From the NCBI GenBank assembly GCA_049840735.1, contig JASGJN010000016.1, positions 1 through 64,000 on the forward strand: 64,000 nucleotides of DNA. Reading direction: 5' to 3'. The stretch comes from Anaeromyxobacter sp. GTDB lineage: Bacteria; Myxococcota; Myxococcia; Myxococcales; Anaeromyxobacteraceae. Shown here piece by piece: positions 30,766 to 39,587 of the stretch; positions within the stretch are counted from its first letter, which is position 1; every line of letters begins with the position of its first letter. The position numbers and the translations under genes were made by a program. The notes below the pieces were generated by a model, which saw only the letters and a list, made by a program, of their open reading frames with translations, searched no databases and was not told the origin of the DNA.

Positions 30766-31530
30766 ATGAAGCGCGAGCGCGACGCCAACGACCAACGGAT
30801 CGCCCTGTTCATCGACTTCGAGAACCTGGTCACCCGGACCGGCCTCTCCCCCGAGACGTTCGACCTCCAGCCGGCCCTCGACACCCTGCTCGAGAAGGGC
30901 AAGGTGGTCTTCCGCCGGGCCTACGCCGACTGGACCCGGTTCTCGGCCGCCACCCAGCGGCTGCACGACAAGGGCGTGGAGCTGGTGGACGTGCCGCCCT
31001 CCACCCGCGCCGGCAAGAACGGCGCCGACATGCGGCTGGTGATCGACGCGCTGGAGCTGGCCTACCTGCGCGAGCACATCGACACCTTCGTGATCGCGTC
31101 GGGCGACTCCGACTTCTGCCCCCTCGCCTACAAGCTGCGCGAGAACGACCGGACGGTCATCGGCATGGCGGTCAAGGAGGCCACCAGCCCGCTCTTCGTG
31201 AAGGCCTGCGACGAGTTCATCTACCTGCGCCCCGGCAGCGGGCGGAGGAAGGAGTCCTCGCGCGGCGAGAAGGAGAAGCCGGAGAAGGCGCCCACGCCCA
31301 AGGGCATCCCCGAGGTGGCCCGCGACGCCGCGGCCGCCATCCTGGCTCGCGCCGCCGGCCCGGTGAACCCGTCCGCCATCAAGGCCGCCATCGTCCGGCG
31401 CGAGCCGGACTTCGACGAGCGCGAGCACGGGTACTCCTCCTTCAGCCGCCTGCTGGAGGCCATGGAGACCGAGGGGCTCCTGCGCCGCGAGCAGGGGGCG
31501 AAGGGGCAGTGGTACGTGCTGCCGGCCTGA
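30766..31530 (+). CDS. NYN-domain protein with C-terminal OST-HTH/LOTUS domain
   Basis: IALFIDFEN, RRAYADW, GKNGADMRLVIDA, IASGDSDF and PDFDEREHGYSSFSRLL motifs. Confidence 0.92.
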   Translation: MKRERDANDQRIALFIDFENLVTRTGLSPETFDLQPALDTLLEKGKVVFRRAYADWTRFSAATQRLHDKGVELVDVPPSTRAGKNGADMRLVIDALELAYLREHIDTFVIASGDSDFCPLAYKLRENDRTVIGMAVKEATSPLFVKACDEFIYLRPGSGRRKESSRGEKEKPEKAPTPKGIPEVARDAAAAILARAAGPVNPSAIKAAIVRREPDFDEREHGYSSFSRLLEAMETEGLLRREQGAKGQWYVLPA

Positions 31531-31613
31531 GGCCTCCACCGGCCGCGCGCGGCGCCAGGACCTAGGCTTCCCAGGAACGCCCCCGCGCCCGCGACGGGCG
31601 GGAGGAAGCCCCC

Positions 31614-32489
31614 ATGCCGCAGGACCCGCGCCACGCCGAGCCGAAGCAGGAGTTCCCCAGGCAGCAGCAGTCCACGCCCGGCTCCGAGGCCCGCATGTCG
31701 CCGCGCCCGGACTTCGGCGAGGCGAGCTATCGCGGCCACGGGCGGCTGCAGGACCGGGTGGCCCTCATCACCGGCGGTGACAGCGGCATCGGCCGGGCGG
31801 TGGCGCTGGCCTTCGCCCGCGAGGGCGCGCACGTCGCCATCGCCTACCTCGACGAGCACGAGGACGCCGAGGAGACGAAGCGGCTGGTGGAGGCGGCGGA
31901 TCGCAAGGCGCTGCTCGTGGCCGGCGACCTGGCCGAGGAGGCCCTGCGCGCCCGCGCGGTGCGCGAGACGGTGGAGCGGTACAGCCGGCTGGACGTACTG
32001 GTGAACAACGCCGCCTTCCAGGGCCGGGCGGTGGAGCGGTTCGAGGACCTGGATCCGGAGCGCGTGGAGCGGACCTTCCGCGTCAACATCGTCGCCATGT
32101 TCTCGCTGGTCCGGCACGCGCTCCCGCACCTGCGCCCCGGGGCCTCCATCATCAACACCAGCTCGGTGCAGGCCTACCACCCCAACCCGCAGATCCTGGA
32201 CTACGCCGCCACCAAGGGCGCCATCCGCACCTTCACGCAGGGGCTGGCCCAGGAGCTGACCGGGCGCCGGGATCCGCGTCAACGCGGTCGCGCCGGGGCC
32301 GATCTGGACGCCGCTCATCGTGCAGTCCTTCCCGGAGCAGAAGGTCGAGCAGCACGGCCAGAACGCCCCATGGAGCGCGCCGGGCAGCCGGCCGAGGTGG
32401 CGCCCGTCTTCGTCTTCCTGGCCTCGGACGAGGCGCGCTACGTGAGCGGCGAGGTGCTGGGCGTGACCGGGGGATCGCCGCTGGCGTGA
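31614..32489 (+). CDS. SDR oxidoreductase (YghA/general stress protein 39 type) with two compensating indels at ~32265 and ~32370
   Basis: TGGDSGIG, LVNNA and YAATK motifs; the IRVNAVAPGPIWTPL segment appears in a shifted frame. Confidence 0.88.
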   Translation: MPQDPRHAEPKQEFPRQQQSTPGSEARMSPRPDFGEASYRGHGRLQDRVALITGGDSGIGRAVALAFAREGAHVAIAYLDEHEDAEETKRLVEAADRKALLVAGDLAEEALRARAVRETVERYSRLDVLVNNAAFQGRAVERFEDLDPERVERTFRVNIVAMFSLVRHALPHLRPGASIINTSSVQAYHPNPQILDYAATKGAIRTFTQGLAQELTGRRDPRQRGRAGADLDAAHRAVLPGAEGRAARPERPMERAGQPAEVAPVFVFLASDEARYVSGEVLGVTGGSPLA

Positions 32490-32558
32490 GCGGCGCGGAC
32501 GGCCGGTCGGGGTCGCCCGCTCGCCGCCGGGCCGGGCCGGCCGCAGCTTGTCTGGCGC

Positions 32559-33728
32559 ATGGGCCCCCGGGACCCGCCGCGCCTCCAGGCGCTCGCGGGG
32601 CTGCGCTTCGTCGCCGCCGCGGGCATCCTCCTGTTCCACTTCGGTGGGCCGCTCACGGCGGGCGCCCCGGCCTGGGTGGAGCGGCTGCGGGAGGGCGGCC
32701 ACGCCTGGGTCGGGCTCTTCTACCTGCTCTCCGGCTTCGTGCTGGCCCAGGCCCACCCCGCGCCCATGACCGCGCCGGAGCGGCGCGCCTTCCTGGTGGC
32801 GCGCCTGGCCCGGCTCTACCCGGCCTACCTCCTGGCCTTCCTGCTCTCCGCGCCGGCGACGCTCGCCAGGTGGGACGGCCTGGGAGCGCCCGGCGCGCTG
32901 CGGGCCGCCGTGGTGGCCGGCGCGGCCCTGCTGCTGGTCCAGGCCTGGCTGCCCATCGCGCGGCTCTGGAACCCGCCCGGCTGGTCCACCTCGGTGGTGG
33001 CCAGCTTCTACGTGGCCTTTCCGGCGCTGGTGGCGCGCCTCTCGCGCCTGCGCCGGCGCGGGCTGGCCCTGGCGCTGGGCGCGGCCTGGGGCGCCTCGCT
33101 GGCGCTGCCGCTGCTCTATCTGTGGCTGCAGCCGGAGGGGCCGGGGGCCGAGCTGCTGGCGCGCGAGCCGCGCTGGCTGGAGGCGCTCAAGTTCCACCCG
33201 CTGGCGCGCGCCGGCGAGTTCGGCGCGGGCGTGGTGCTGGGGCTGCTCCAGCAGCGCGGGCAGCTGCGGCGGGTGGGCAGCGGCGCGGCGGTCGTCGCGC
33301 TGCTCGCGGCGGCCGGGATCCTGGCCGGCGGCGCCGCCCCGTACCTGCTGCTCCACAACGGGCTCCTGGTGCCGCTCTACGCCGTGACGGTGGTGGGCCT
33401 GGCGCAGGGCGGCCGGCTGGCGCGGGCGCTGGGGAGCCGCCCGCTGGCCGCGCTGGGCGACGCCAGCTTCGCGCTCTACGCGCTGCAGTTCCCGCTCTGG
33501 CACTGGGCCCGCGTGCTGGCCGACGCGCCGCCCGACCCGGTCGGGCCCGGGTTCGTGCTCGCCTTCGCCGCGGCGGCCGCGGCGGTGTCGCTCGCGGTCT
33601 CGCGGCTGCTGGAGCGGCCGGCGCGCCGGTGGCTGCGGGCCGCGCTCACGCCGGCGCGGGCGGGTCTCCGCGCTCCGCCGGCACGCTCCGGCGGGACGGG
33701 CCGGGCGCTCCCACCAGCGCCCCCGTGA
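32559..33728 (+). CDS. Acyltransferase family 3 membrane protein
   Basis: LAGLRFVAA...FH, FYLLSGFVL, RLARLYPAY, WSTSVVASFY and LGDASFALY motifs. Confidence 0.88.
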   Translation: MGPRDPPRLQALAGLRFVAAAGILLFHFGGPLTAGAPAWVERLREGGHAWVGLFYLLSGFVLAQAHPAPMTAPERRAFLVARLARLYPAYLLAFLLSAPATLARWDGLGAPGALRAAVVAGAALLLVQAWLPIARLWNPPGWSTSVVASFYVAFPALVARLSRLRRRGLALALGAAWGASLALPLLYLWLQPEGPGAELLAREPRWLEALKFHPLARAGEFGAGVVLGLLQQRGQLRRVGSGAAVVALLAAAGILAGGAAPYLLLHNGLLVPLYAVTVVGLAQGGRLARALGSRPLAALGDASFALYALQFPLWHWARVLADAPPDPVGPGFVLAFAAAAAAVSLAVSRLLERPARRWLRAALTPARAGLRAPPARSGGTGRALPPAPP

Positions 33729-33888
33729 CGCCGAAGTAGAGCGCCGCCGTCCAGACGCTGGAGGTGATGGGGCAGGTGCCGGTGCGGCAGCCGACGAAGT
33801 GGGCGTAGGCCGCGCCGGCCAGCGCGCCGATCAGGGCGGCGAGGAGCGTGCGGCGGTGGCGGCGGAGCAGGGCGCGGGCGGTGGGCAT
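33646..33888 (-). CDS. Small membrane protein with GC-x-x-G-x-C-P-I-T motif (DUF6132-like)
   Basis: YAHFVGCRTGTCPITSS lies between two hydrophobic segments; overlaps the acyltransferase tail. Confidence 0.75.
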   Translation of the reverse strand: MPTARALLRRHRRTLLAALIGALAGAAYAHFVGCRTGTCPITSSVWTAALYFGVTGALVGAPGPSRRSVPAERGDPPAPA

Positions 33889-34102
33889 GGGGCTGGAGTC
33901 CGTCTGGCCTGGCGTGCCCGCCAGGCGGGCGAAGCCGGAGGTCAGCCGTGGGAGCCAGGCCGCGCCCGGAGGGATTCAGGTCGCGGGCAGGATCGGCCCG
34001 CCCGCGGCCCGTGGGGGACCGCGAGCGGGTCGTGCGGGGCGCGAAGGCCCTCGCCTGCGCCGGCGAGCGCCGCGCCCGACAAGCGGATGACGGACCGGCG
34101 GG

Positions 34103-34555
34103 TCAGGCCTCGATGGCCTTCTTCGCCTTCTTGGCCGCCTCGACCACCGGCGCGGCCGCGGCCGCCACGGCCGCCGGGATCTCCTTCGGCGGCTCGATCA
34201 TCTTGGCGAGCCTGTCCAGCTCGCGGGAGAGGTTCTGGACCGGCACGCGCGTGGTGGAGGCCAGGCGGGTCACCGCGGTGGCGGGCATCTCGGACATGCG
34301 GCGCACGGCCGTGGTCCGCAGCTCCTCGGCGCGGGCGCGCAGCCCGTCGAGCCGCTTGCGCAGCCCGTCCACGGTCCAGTCGTCCTTGCTGACCTTGGCG
34401 AGCTTCTCGTCGATGCCGTGCAGCGCGTCGTTGCCCGCGCCGATCACCTTGAGCAGCCGGCCACGCGCCTCGGACTCGAGCGCGTCGAAGCGCTCGGCCA
34501 GGACCATCATCGGGTTCCGGTGCGTGTTGCCATTCTTGATCGCGACCTCAGCCAT
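34103..34555 (-). CDS. Hypothetical amphipathic helical protein
   Basis: GGAGG RBS, strong codon bias and an Ala/Lys-rich tail. Confidence 0.75.
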   Translation of the reverse strand: MAEVAIKNGNTHRNPMMVLAERFDALESEARGRLLKVIGAGNDALHGIDEKLAKVSKDDWTVDGLRKRLDGLRARAEELRTTAVRRMSEMPATAVTRLASTTRVPVQNLSRELDRLAKMIEPPKEIPAAVAAAAAPVVEAAKKAKKAIEA

Positions 34556-34792
34556 GGGAGCCTCCGTGGATCACCGTCGTGAGCGTCCAGAGAGCGGAGC
34601 GGTGATGCTCGCTGACAATCGGGAGCGTAAGCTTTCCATGTTTTGACGCGGTGCGTCCATACGGGTATGTCTCAAAGAAGGCTGACCTCCTTATGGGAGT
34701 ATTTTCCGGGCCTTACCCCCCTTCCGGAGCAAGCAGGCACCTGCCTGCCAGGCGAGCAGCACGGTGTCAGACGGCGCTGCGACACTGTCCCC

Positions 34793-35602
34793 GTGCCAAG
34801 GCTCGTGACCTTCGACCTCGAGACGGTGCCCGACGAGGCGCTCGTGGCGGCGGTGGACGGCGAGCCCGGACGCCCCTACCCGGAGCAGCTGCGCCGGCTC
34901 ATGGCCGAGCGGCGGGCCCGCACGGGGGGGCGCAGCGACTTCCTCCCCCTGCCCTACCACCGGCCCGTGGCGGGCTGCCTCCTCGAGGCCGAGGTGGACG
35001 GCGGCCTCATCCACCTCACCGACGCGCTGGTCTGGACCGATCGGCGCGAGCCGGAGGCCTGCTTCCTCGAGGATGCCTGGAGCCGGCTCGACGGCGCCGC
35101 GCTGGTCTCGTTCCACGGCAAGGGGTTCGACCTCCCCGTGCTGCAGCTGCGCTCGCTCAAGCACGGCGTACGGACGCCGGCCTGGTTCGCGCCGCCGGGG
35201 CGGGCCGGCGGCGAGCACTTCGACCTGCGCGAGCTCCTGGCCGGCCCCAACGCGGCGGCGCCGCTCGACCTCTACGCCAAGCTGGTGGGGCTGCCGGGCA
35301 AGGAGGACGTGGCCGGCGAGGACGTGCAGGCGCTCTACGCGGCCGGCGCGCTGGATCGCATCGCCGCCTACTGCATGACCGACGTGGTCCAGACCTACCT
35401 GCTCTTCCTGCGGCTGCGGCTGGTGGAGGGCGCCCTCACGCCGGACGGCTACGCCGACAGCGTCGAGCAGGCGCGCGAGGCCCTGCCGCGCCTCTTCGCC
35501 CGCCGGCTCCGCGCCGGCGAGCGCGGGCCGCTGGAAGGCTTCCTCGACCGGTGCGCGCCGTTCTTCGCGCCCGCCGCCGAGCCGGTCCGCCAGGCGCTGT
35601 GA
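34793..35602 (+). CDS. PolB-like 3'-5' exonuclease (DEDD type)
   Basis: TFDLETVPD, SFHGKGFDLPVL, HFDL and YCMTDVVQT motifs. Confidence 0.88.
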   Translation: MPRLVTFDLETVPDEALVAAVDGEPGRPYPEQLRRLMAERRARTGGRSDFLPLPYHRPVAGCLLEAEVDGGLIHLTDALVWTDRREPEACFLEDAWSRLDGAALVSFHGKGFDLPVLQLRSLKHGVRTPAWFAPPGRAGGEHFDLRELLAGPNAAAPLDLYAKLVGLPGKEDVAGEDVQALYAAGALDRIAAYCMTDVVQTYLLFLRLRLVEGALTPDGYADSVEQAREALPRLFARRLRAGERGPLEGFLDRCAPFFAPAAEPVRQAL

Positions 35603-35662
35603 GCTGACCCCGCATCGCGCACGGTCGTCCTTCGCCGCAACCTACGGCGCGTTGCGCGCGCT

Positions 35663-36169
35663 TCAACCGGGGCGGAAGCCGGCCCCGCCCTCCGGCAAGG
35701 CCGGCGGGGGCGCGCCGCACAGCTCCGCCGCCTGCGCGGCCAGCGCCTCCGCGTCGGCCCGGCTCCAGCCCTCGCACACCTTGGCCACGCGCCCGCCGCG
35801 CTCCAGCAGGAGCCAGGTGGGCGTCACCAGCACCTGCAGCCGGTCGGACGCCGTCCAGGGCTCCGCGTCGAGCAGCGCCTTGACCCGGCCCGGCCAGCCG
35901 TGCGCCGCCCCGAAGGCGGCGGCCGTGGCCGCGTCCTCCTGCGCGAGGGCCGCCACGGTGAGGCCGGGGAGCGCCGCCAGGTGCGGCAGCGCCGCGGCGG
36001 CCAGCTCGCTGGCCGCGCAGTCCGCCTTGTAGACGAAGAGCAGCGCGGGGCCGCTCGCCCACAGCCCGCCCAGCGCCACGGGGGCGCGCGCCTGCGCGTC
36101 CTCCACCACGGCGTCCGGGGCCGGCGATCCAGGTGCGAGCGGCACGCCGGGATCCTGTCCTGCGCGCAC
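35663..36169 (-). CDS. Thioredoxin-fold (TlpA/AhpC-like) protein
   Basis: GSPAPD, LLFVYKADCAAS and VTPTWLL motifs, with a C-terminal FRPG. Confidence 0.7.
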   Translation of the reverse strand: MRAGQDPGVPLAPGSPAPDAVVEDAQARAPVALGGLWASGPALLFVYKADCAASELAAAALPHLAALPGLTVAALAQEDAATAAAFGAAHGWPGRVKALLDAEPWTASDRLQVLVTPTWLLLERGGRVAKVCEGWSRADAEALAAQAAELCGAPPPALPEGGAGFRPG

Positions 36170-36291
36170 CTTGGGCGCAAGGCGCCGCCGCGGTGCGCCT
36201 TCACGGAGCCACCTGCGGCGCCCGTCACCTTGGGTGCGCCGGGCCCCGCAGCCGCGCCGCGGAAACCGTCGGGGAGTCGCGCGCTTGGGGC

Positions 36292-36307
36292 TGGCATTCC
36301 CGCTGCA
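36292..36307 (+). promoter_or_regulatory. Possible sigma54 promoter
   Basis: TGGCAT-TCCCG-CTGCA with GG-N10-GC spacing, just upstream of ATG 36322. Confidence 0.4.
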
Positions 36308-36321
36308 CTGCAGCGGGCCAT

Positions 36322-36963
36322 ATGGCGGCTCGCGCCACGACCTCCCGCTCCAGGCCCTTCTCCTCGGCGATCCACGCCCTGGCCAGCCGCTCCGATCCGG
36401 GCTGCCTCATCGATCGCGAGGGCACGCTGCTCTTCGCGAACGACGCCTGGGACCGCTTCGCGCTCGAGAACGGCGGCGGCCCGTCCTGCTGCGCCGCGGC
36501 GCTGACCGGCTCGCGCATCTACGACCACGTCGCCGGCGAGGAGCCGCGCCGGATGCTGCGCATGCTGGTGGAGCGCGTGCTCCGCCAGGCGGCCCAGGCC
36601 GGGCCCCACCGCGCGGTCGCCACCTCGGAGTGCAACAGCCCGGACAGCGCGCGCCTGGTGGCGCTGCAGCTCGAGCCGGTGATGGCCGGGACGGAGGTGC
36701 TGGGGCTGGTGCTGGTGCACCGGGTGGTCCGCCAGCTCCCCGCCGCGGACGTCTACCCGGTGGTCGAGGGGCGCGACTACCACGGACCGGACGAGGCCAT
36801 CGAGCAGTGCAGCTGCTGCCGGCGCACCCGCCGCCCGGACGATCCGGCCGAGTGGGACTTCGTGCCGGCGCTGGTGGCGGTGACGCCGCGGGAGGCGCGC
36901 TTCGGTTATTGCCCGCTCTGCCGCGAGCTGCACCACGCCGGCGCGCCGGAGCGGGAGGGCTGA
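36322..36963 (+). CDS. PAS-like domain protein with C-terminal Cys cluster
   Basis: LIDREGTLLFANDAWDRFALENG and ECNSPD motifs, then QCSCCRR...YCPLC. Confidence 0.75.
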   Translation: MAARATTSRSRPFSSAIHALASRSDPGCLIDREGTLLFANDAWDRFALENGGGPSCCAAALTGSRIYDHVAGEEPRRMLRMLVERVLRQAAQAGPHRAVATSECNSPDSARLVALQLEPVMAGTEVLGLVLVHRVVRQLPAADVYPVVEGRDYHGPDEAIEQCSCCRRTRRPDDPAEWDFVPALVAVTPREARFGYCPLCRELHHAGAPEREG

Positions 36964-37052
36964 GGCGCGACTGCACCACCGCGGGCGCGGCCCGACCGGA
37001 CCGCGCGCGCGGGGCGCAGGGCAGGCGGATGGGCCGGACGGCTCCGACCGCC

Positions 37053-37805
37053 CTACGGCGTGACCACGACCGTGAGCTCGATGTGCCGCCCGTCGGCGGT
37101 CCAGGCGCTCACGTCCGACGTGCAGCTCGTTTCGCTGGCGGGGACGGTCGTCACCACGCGCAGGCGGTCGGGCTGCGGCGCGGTGACGTCCACGTCGCAG
37201 CTCCAGTCCGGCGACCATTGGAAGCGCTCGAACGGCAGCTCCGGGATGATCTCCAGCACGTCGCCGGAGCCCACGGCCACCTCGTAGATGCGCCGGCTCC
37301 CGTACCCCGCGACGCGGGTCGGCTGGATCTGCACGCCGTCGGAGGTGAAGTCCGCCTCGAGAAGCGCGAGGTCGTCGGGCACGGGCTTCACCAGGAAGTC
37401 GTAGCTCATGGTCGAGGCAGAGAGCTCATACTCGCTGGAGCAGCTCTCGTTCCGGCAGATGTGGAACGTGAGGGCCCCCACGTAGTGGCCGTCCGGGATC
37501 CCGTAACGCAGGTTCATGGCCAGGTAGTAGTGGCCGAAGCCGAGGTCGTTCACGTAGGTGTTGTTCTCGAGGACGTTGGCCGGGTCCTCGATGAGGACGC
37601 CCGCCGCCGAGCCGGGGTTCGGCGACAGCGTCACGCGCGTCCCGAAGCCCTTCGAGCCGTCATCCTCGTAGAACTCGCGGGTGATGGAGTCGGGCGAGAA
37701 CGTGGCCTCGATTGGCCCGCCGCCCCCGCCGCCCCCGCCTCCGCAAGCCGTCAGCACCACCGCGAGCGCTGCGACGGCGCCGAGCCGCTTCCCCTTGCTC
37801 TCCAT
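37053..37805 (-). CDS. Hypothetical lipoprotein
   Basis: Lipobox LTAC followed by a poly-Gly linker; acidic, beta-rich body. Confidence 0.75.
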   Translation of the reverse strand: MESKGKRLGAVAALAVVLTACGGGGGGGGGPIEATFSPDSITREFYEDDGSKGFGTRVTLSPNPGSAAGVLIEDPANVLENNTYVNDLGFGHYYLAMNLRYGIPDGHYVGALTFHICRNESCSSEYELSASTMSYDFLVKPVPDDLALLEADFTSDGVQIQPTRVAGYGSRRIYEVAVGSGDVLEIIPELPFERFQWSPDWSCDVDVTAPQPDRLRVVTTVPASETSCTSDVSAWTADGRHIELTVVVTP

Positions 37806-37884
37806 GGCTGAACCCCCTCCCTGGGGTCACGGCACTGTGCCCGAATGAGTACCTTGCCCGCCCACGGCATTCGGCCGCGACGCC

Positions 37885-38044
37885 CTCCGCTGCCCCCACA
37901 AGCGCGCGGGGCGGTTCCCGCGTCGCGGAGCCGCCCCGTTGGCTGCGATTCCTGGCGGCGCTGGTCCCGGAGGACGCGCCGATCCTCGAGCGAACCGACC
38001 TGACCCACCCTTCGCCGACGGGCGAAGGGCGGGACAGCGCCTAG
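37885..38044. mobile_element. Decayed miniature copy of the adjacent element (transposase 3' remnant fused to a right end)
   Basis: 37990-38044 matches 39533-39587 at 44/55 nt, and 37962-37980 is identical to 38129-38147. The left boundary is uncertain. Confidence 0.65.
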
Positions 38045-38340
38045 GAGCTGTCCCGAAATTCGAGCTTGAGGTTGTAGAGGAAGGCCACGGCGGCGACCGT
38101 GGATCCGAGGTGTCGCCCCCGCCGCCGGTGGTCCCGGAGGACGCGCCAGTCTTTGAGGCGAGCGAGGACGTGCTCGACCCGGGCGCGCTGTTTGCGGTGA
38201 CGGCGCCAGGCGGCGTCGGGGACGATCCGGTTGTGACGGAAGACCGGGATACGGAGGCCCAGGACTCCCCGGTATCCGCCATCGGCGAGGACGACACGGT
38301 GGCCTCGTTGCCCGGGCCACCGGCGGAAGCCAACCCTCAC
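38041..38340 (-). pseudogene. IS5-family/DDE_Tnp_4-type transposase, C-terminal fragment
   Basis: VLADGGYRG (second Asp) and RARVEHVLARLKDWRVL (Glu motif); stop lies at the left TIR; the N-terminal part is absent. Confidence 0.82.
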
Positions 38341-39584
38341 TGAACAAGATGTCAGGGTCTGGGTTCACGATGAGCGGGTGAGCGCGTCTGCCAAGCGAAC
38401 CCGTGGTCCGAACCGGCAGCGGCCCTGGACCCGCCGGCCCGAGGACGGGATCTCGGTGCTGCGGCTCGCGCTGGACGTCCACGACCCGGTGCAGCGACGT
38501 CGGCTCGAGGGGATCTTCTCCGGGGCCTACCAAGTCCGGCGCGCGCTCCAGCGGACGGCGCGGAATCGTAGGCGGGCGGCTCACCAGGGTGGAGCTGGAC
38601 GGTCAGGCCAAGGAGCGGGTCCGGGGTCGCAAGCGCCGTGAGCGACGTCGACAGCGGGCCCTGGAGCGGTCGCGCCGGGCGGCGAACCAGGCCCAGTACC
38701 GGCTCTCGAGGCGCCAGGAGAAGCGCGCCCGCCGGCGGGCCGCAGCAGGCCTCACGCCGGTCGAGGTGATCCCTGGAGGCCCGCGGCTGGCGCGGTCGGA
38801 CGGCGTCCCGCTCCAGGCCTACCGGCGGGACACGCTCTCGAAGCGCTACCGCCTCCTCCGGGCTGAGCAGGCTGCCGCTGCATCGTCGTGGACGCAGGCC
38901 CGGCGCGACCGGGCCCGGCAGGTCGCCGCCGAGGTGGTACGCACTCACGGCTATCAGCTCGCCGTCGAGGACGTGACCATCACCGCCTGGGCGCGCACCT
39001 GGGGGCGCGGGGTGGCCGCCTTCACCCCGGGGACGCTGCTCGCGGCCATCGACCGGGAGGCACGTGCCACCGCAGCCGTCGTCGGAGGCGTTGGCGGCGT
39101 GGTCAGGATCCCCACGCAGACCACCGCCCTCTCCCAGCACTGCCCCTGCGGCAACCGGGTGGAGAAGTCGCTCGCCGACCGGGTCCACCGCTGCCCTCGC
39201 TGCGGGCTGGAAGGGGACAGGGACGCCGTCTCCGCGGTCCTCGGCGCCTTCCTCGTCCTCGATCGGCCCAGCGAGCCAGCCACGGCGCGCGTCGACTACG
39301 ACGCCACCCGGCAAGCCCGCGCCGCCATCGGTAACCTTCTCGATCCTCGCTGTCGCGGGCGGCAAGACGCCCGGTCCGAGTCAACCGACCTCTTCGCCCG
39401 CGAGCCGTCCTTCGCATGGCGGACGTCCACACCGGCAAGCAAACCGGTGGCTCGGCGAATCGTCGGCACGGCCACGGGCCCAACCCGGGATGAGGCTGGC
39501 TCCGGCCAGACCACGCCCGAGCGGGCCCGATGGCGAACCGACCTGGCCCACGCTTCGCCAATTGGCGAATTGTGGGACAACTCT
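38044..39584. mobile_element. TIR-bounded IS5-like element carrying a TnpB-like gene (non-autonomous, internally deleted)
   Basis: Left TIR GGAGCTGTCCCGAAATTC versus the reverse complement of the right end AGAGTTGTCCCACAATTC (14/18 match). TA at 38042-38043 and 39585-39586 reconstitutes a CTAG target. Confidence 0.8.
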
Positions 39585-39587
39585 TAG
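38378..39587 (+). pseudogene. tnpB: TnpB/Cas12-like RuvC zinc-ribbon protein, with frame break and probable internal deletion at ~38570
   Basis: Arg-rich helical region, LAVED (RuvC-II), TALSQHCPCG...RVHRCPRCG zinc ribbon and DRDAVSA (RuvC-III). No RuvC-I motif is visible, and the N-terminal piece (38378-~38570) is in another frame. Confidence 0.75.
39370..39584 (+). ncRNA. Candidate omega-RNA-like scaffold overlapping the 3' end of the tnpB-like gene
   Basis: Nested stems: TTCGCC..GAGCC/GGCTCGGCGAA, CACCGG/CCGGTG, GTCGG/CCGAC, CGGGCCC/GGGCCCG, CTGGC/GCCAG, and a terminal CCCAC..TTCGCC-AATT-GGCGAA..GTGGG hairpin. The 5' boundary is a guess. Confidence 0.5.

Noticed and set aside
30766..35602. 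NYN nuclease plus PolB-like exonuclease as a defence system
   Set aside because: They are separated by unrelated genes, and both are common stand-alone families.
37962..37980. 19-bp exact match to the transposase as a self-targeting spacer or guide
   Set aside because: Similarity continues in the protein frame on both sides, so it is better explained as a decayed transposase remnant.
38008..38029. Hairpin CCCTTCGCC-GACG-GGCGAAGGG as an intrinsic terminator
   Set aside because: It has no U-tract and aligns with the element's right-end hairpin.
37939..38343. Plus-strand 134-aa ORF (VVPEDAPVFEASEDVLD...)
   Set aside because: It is the antisense shadow of the transposase fragment and has no recognisable motifs.
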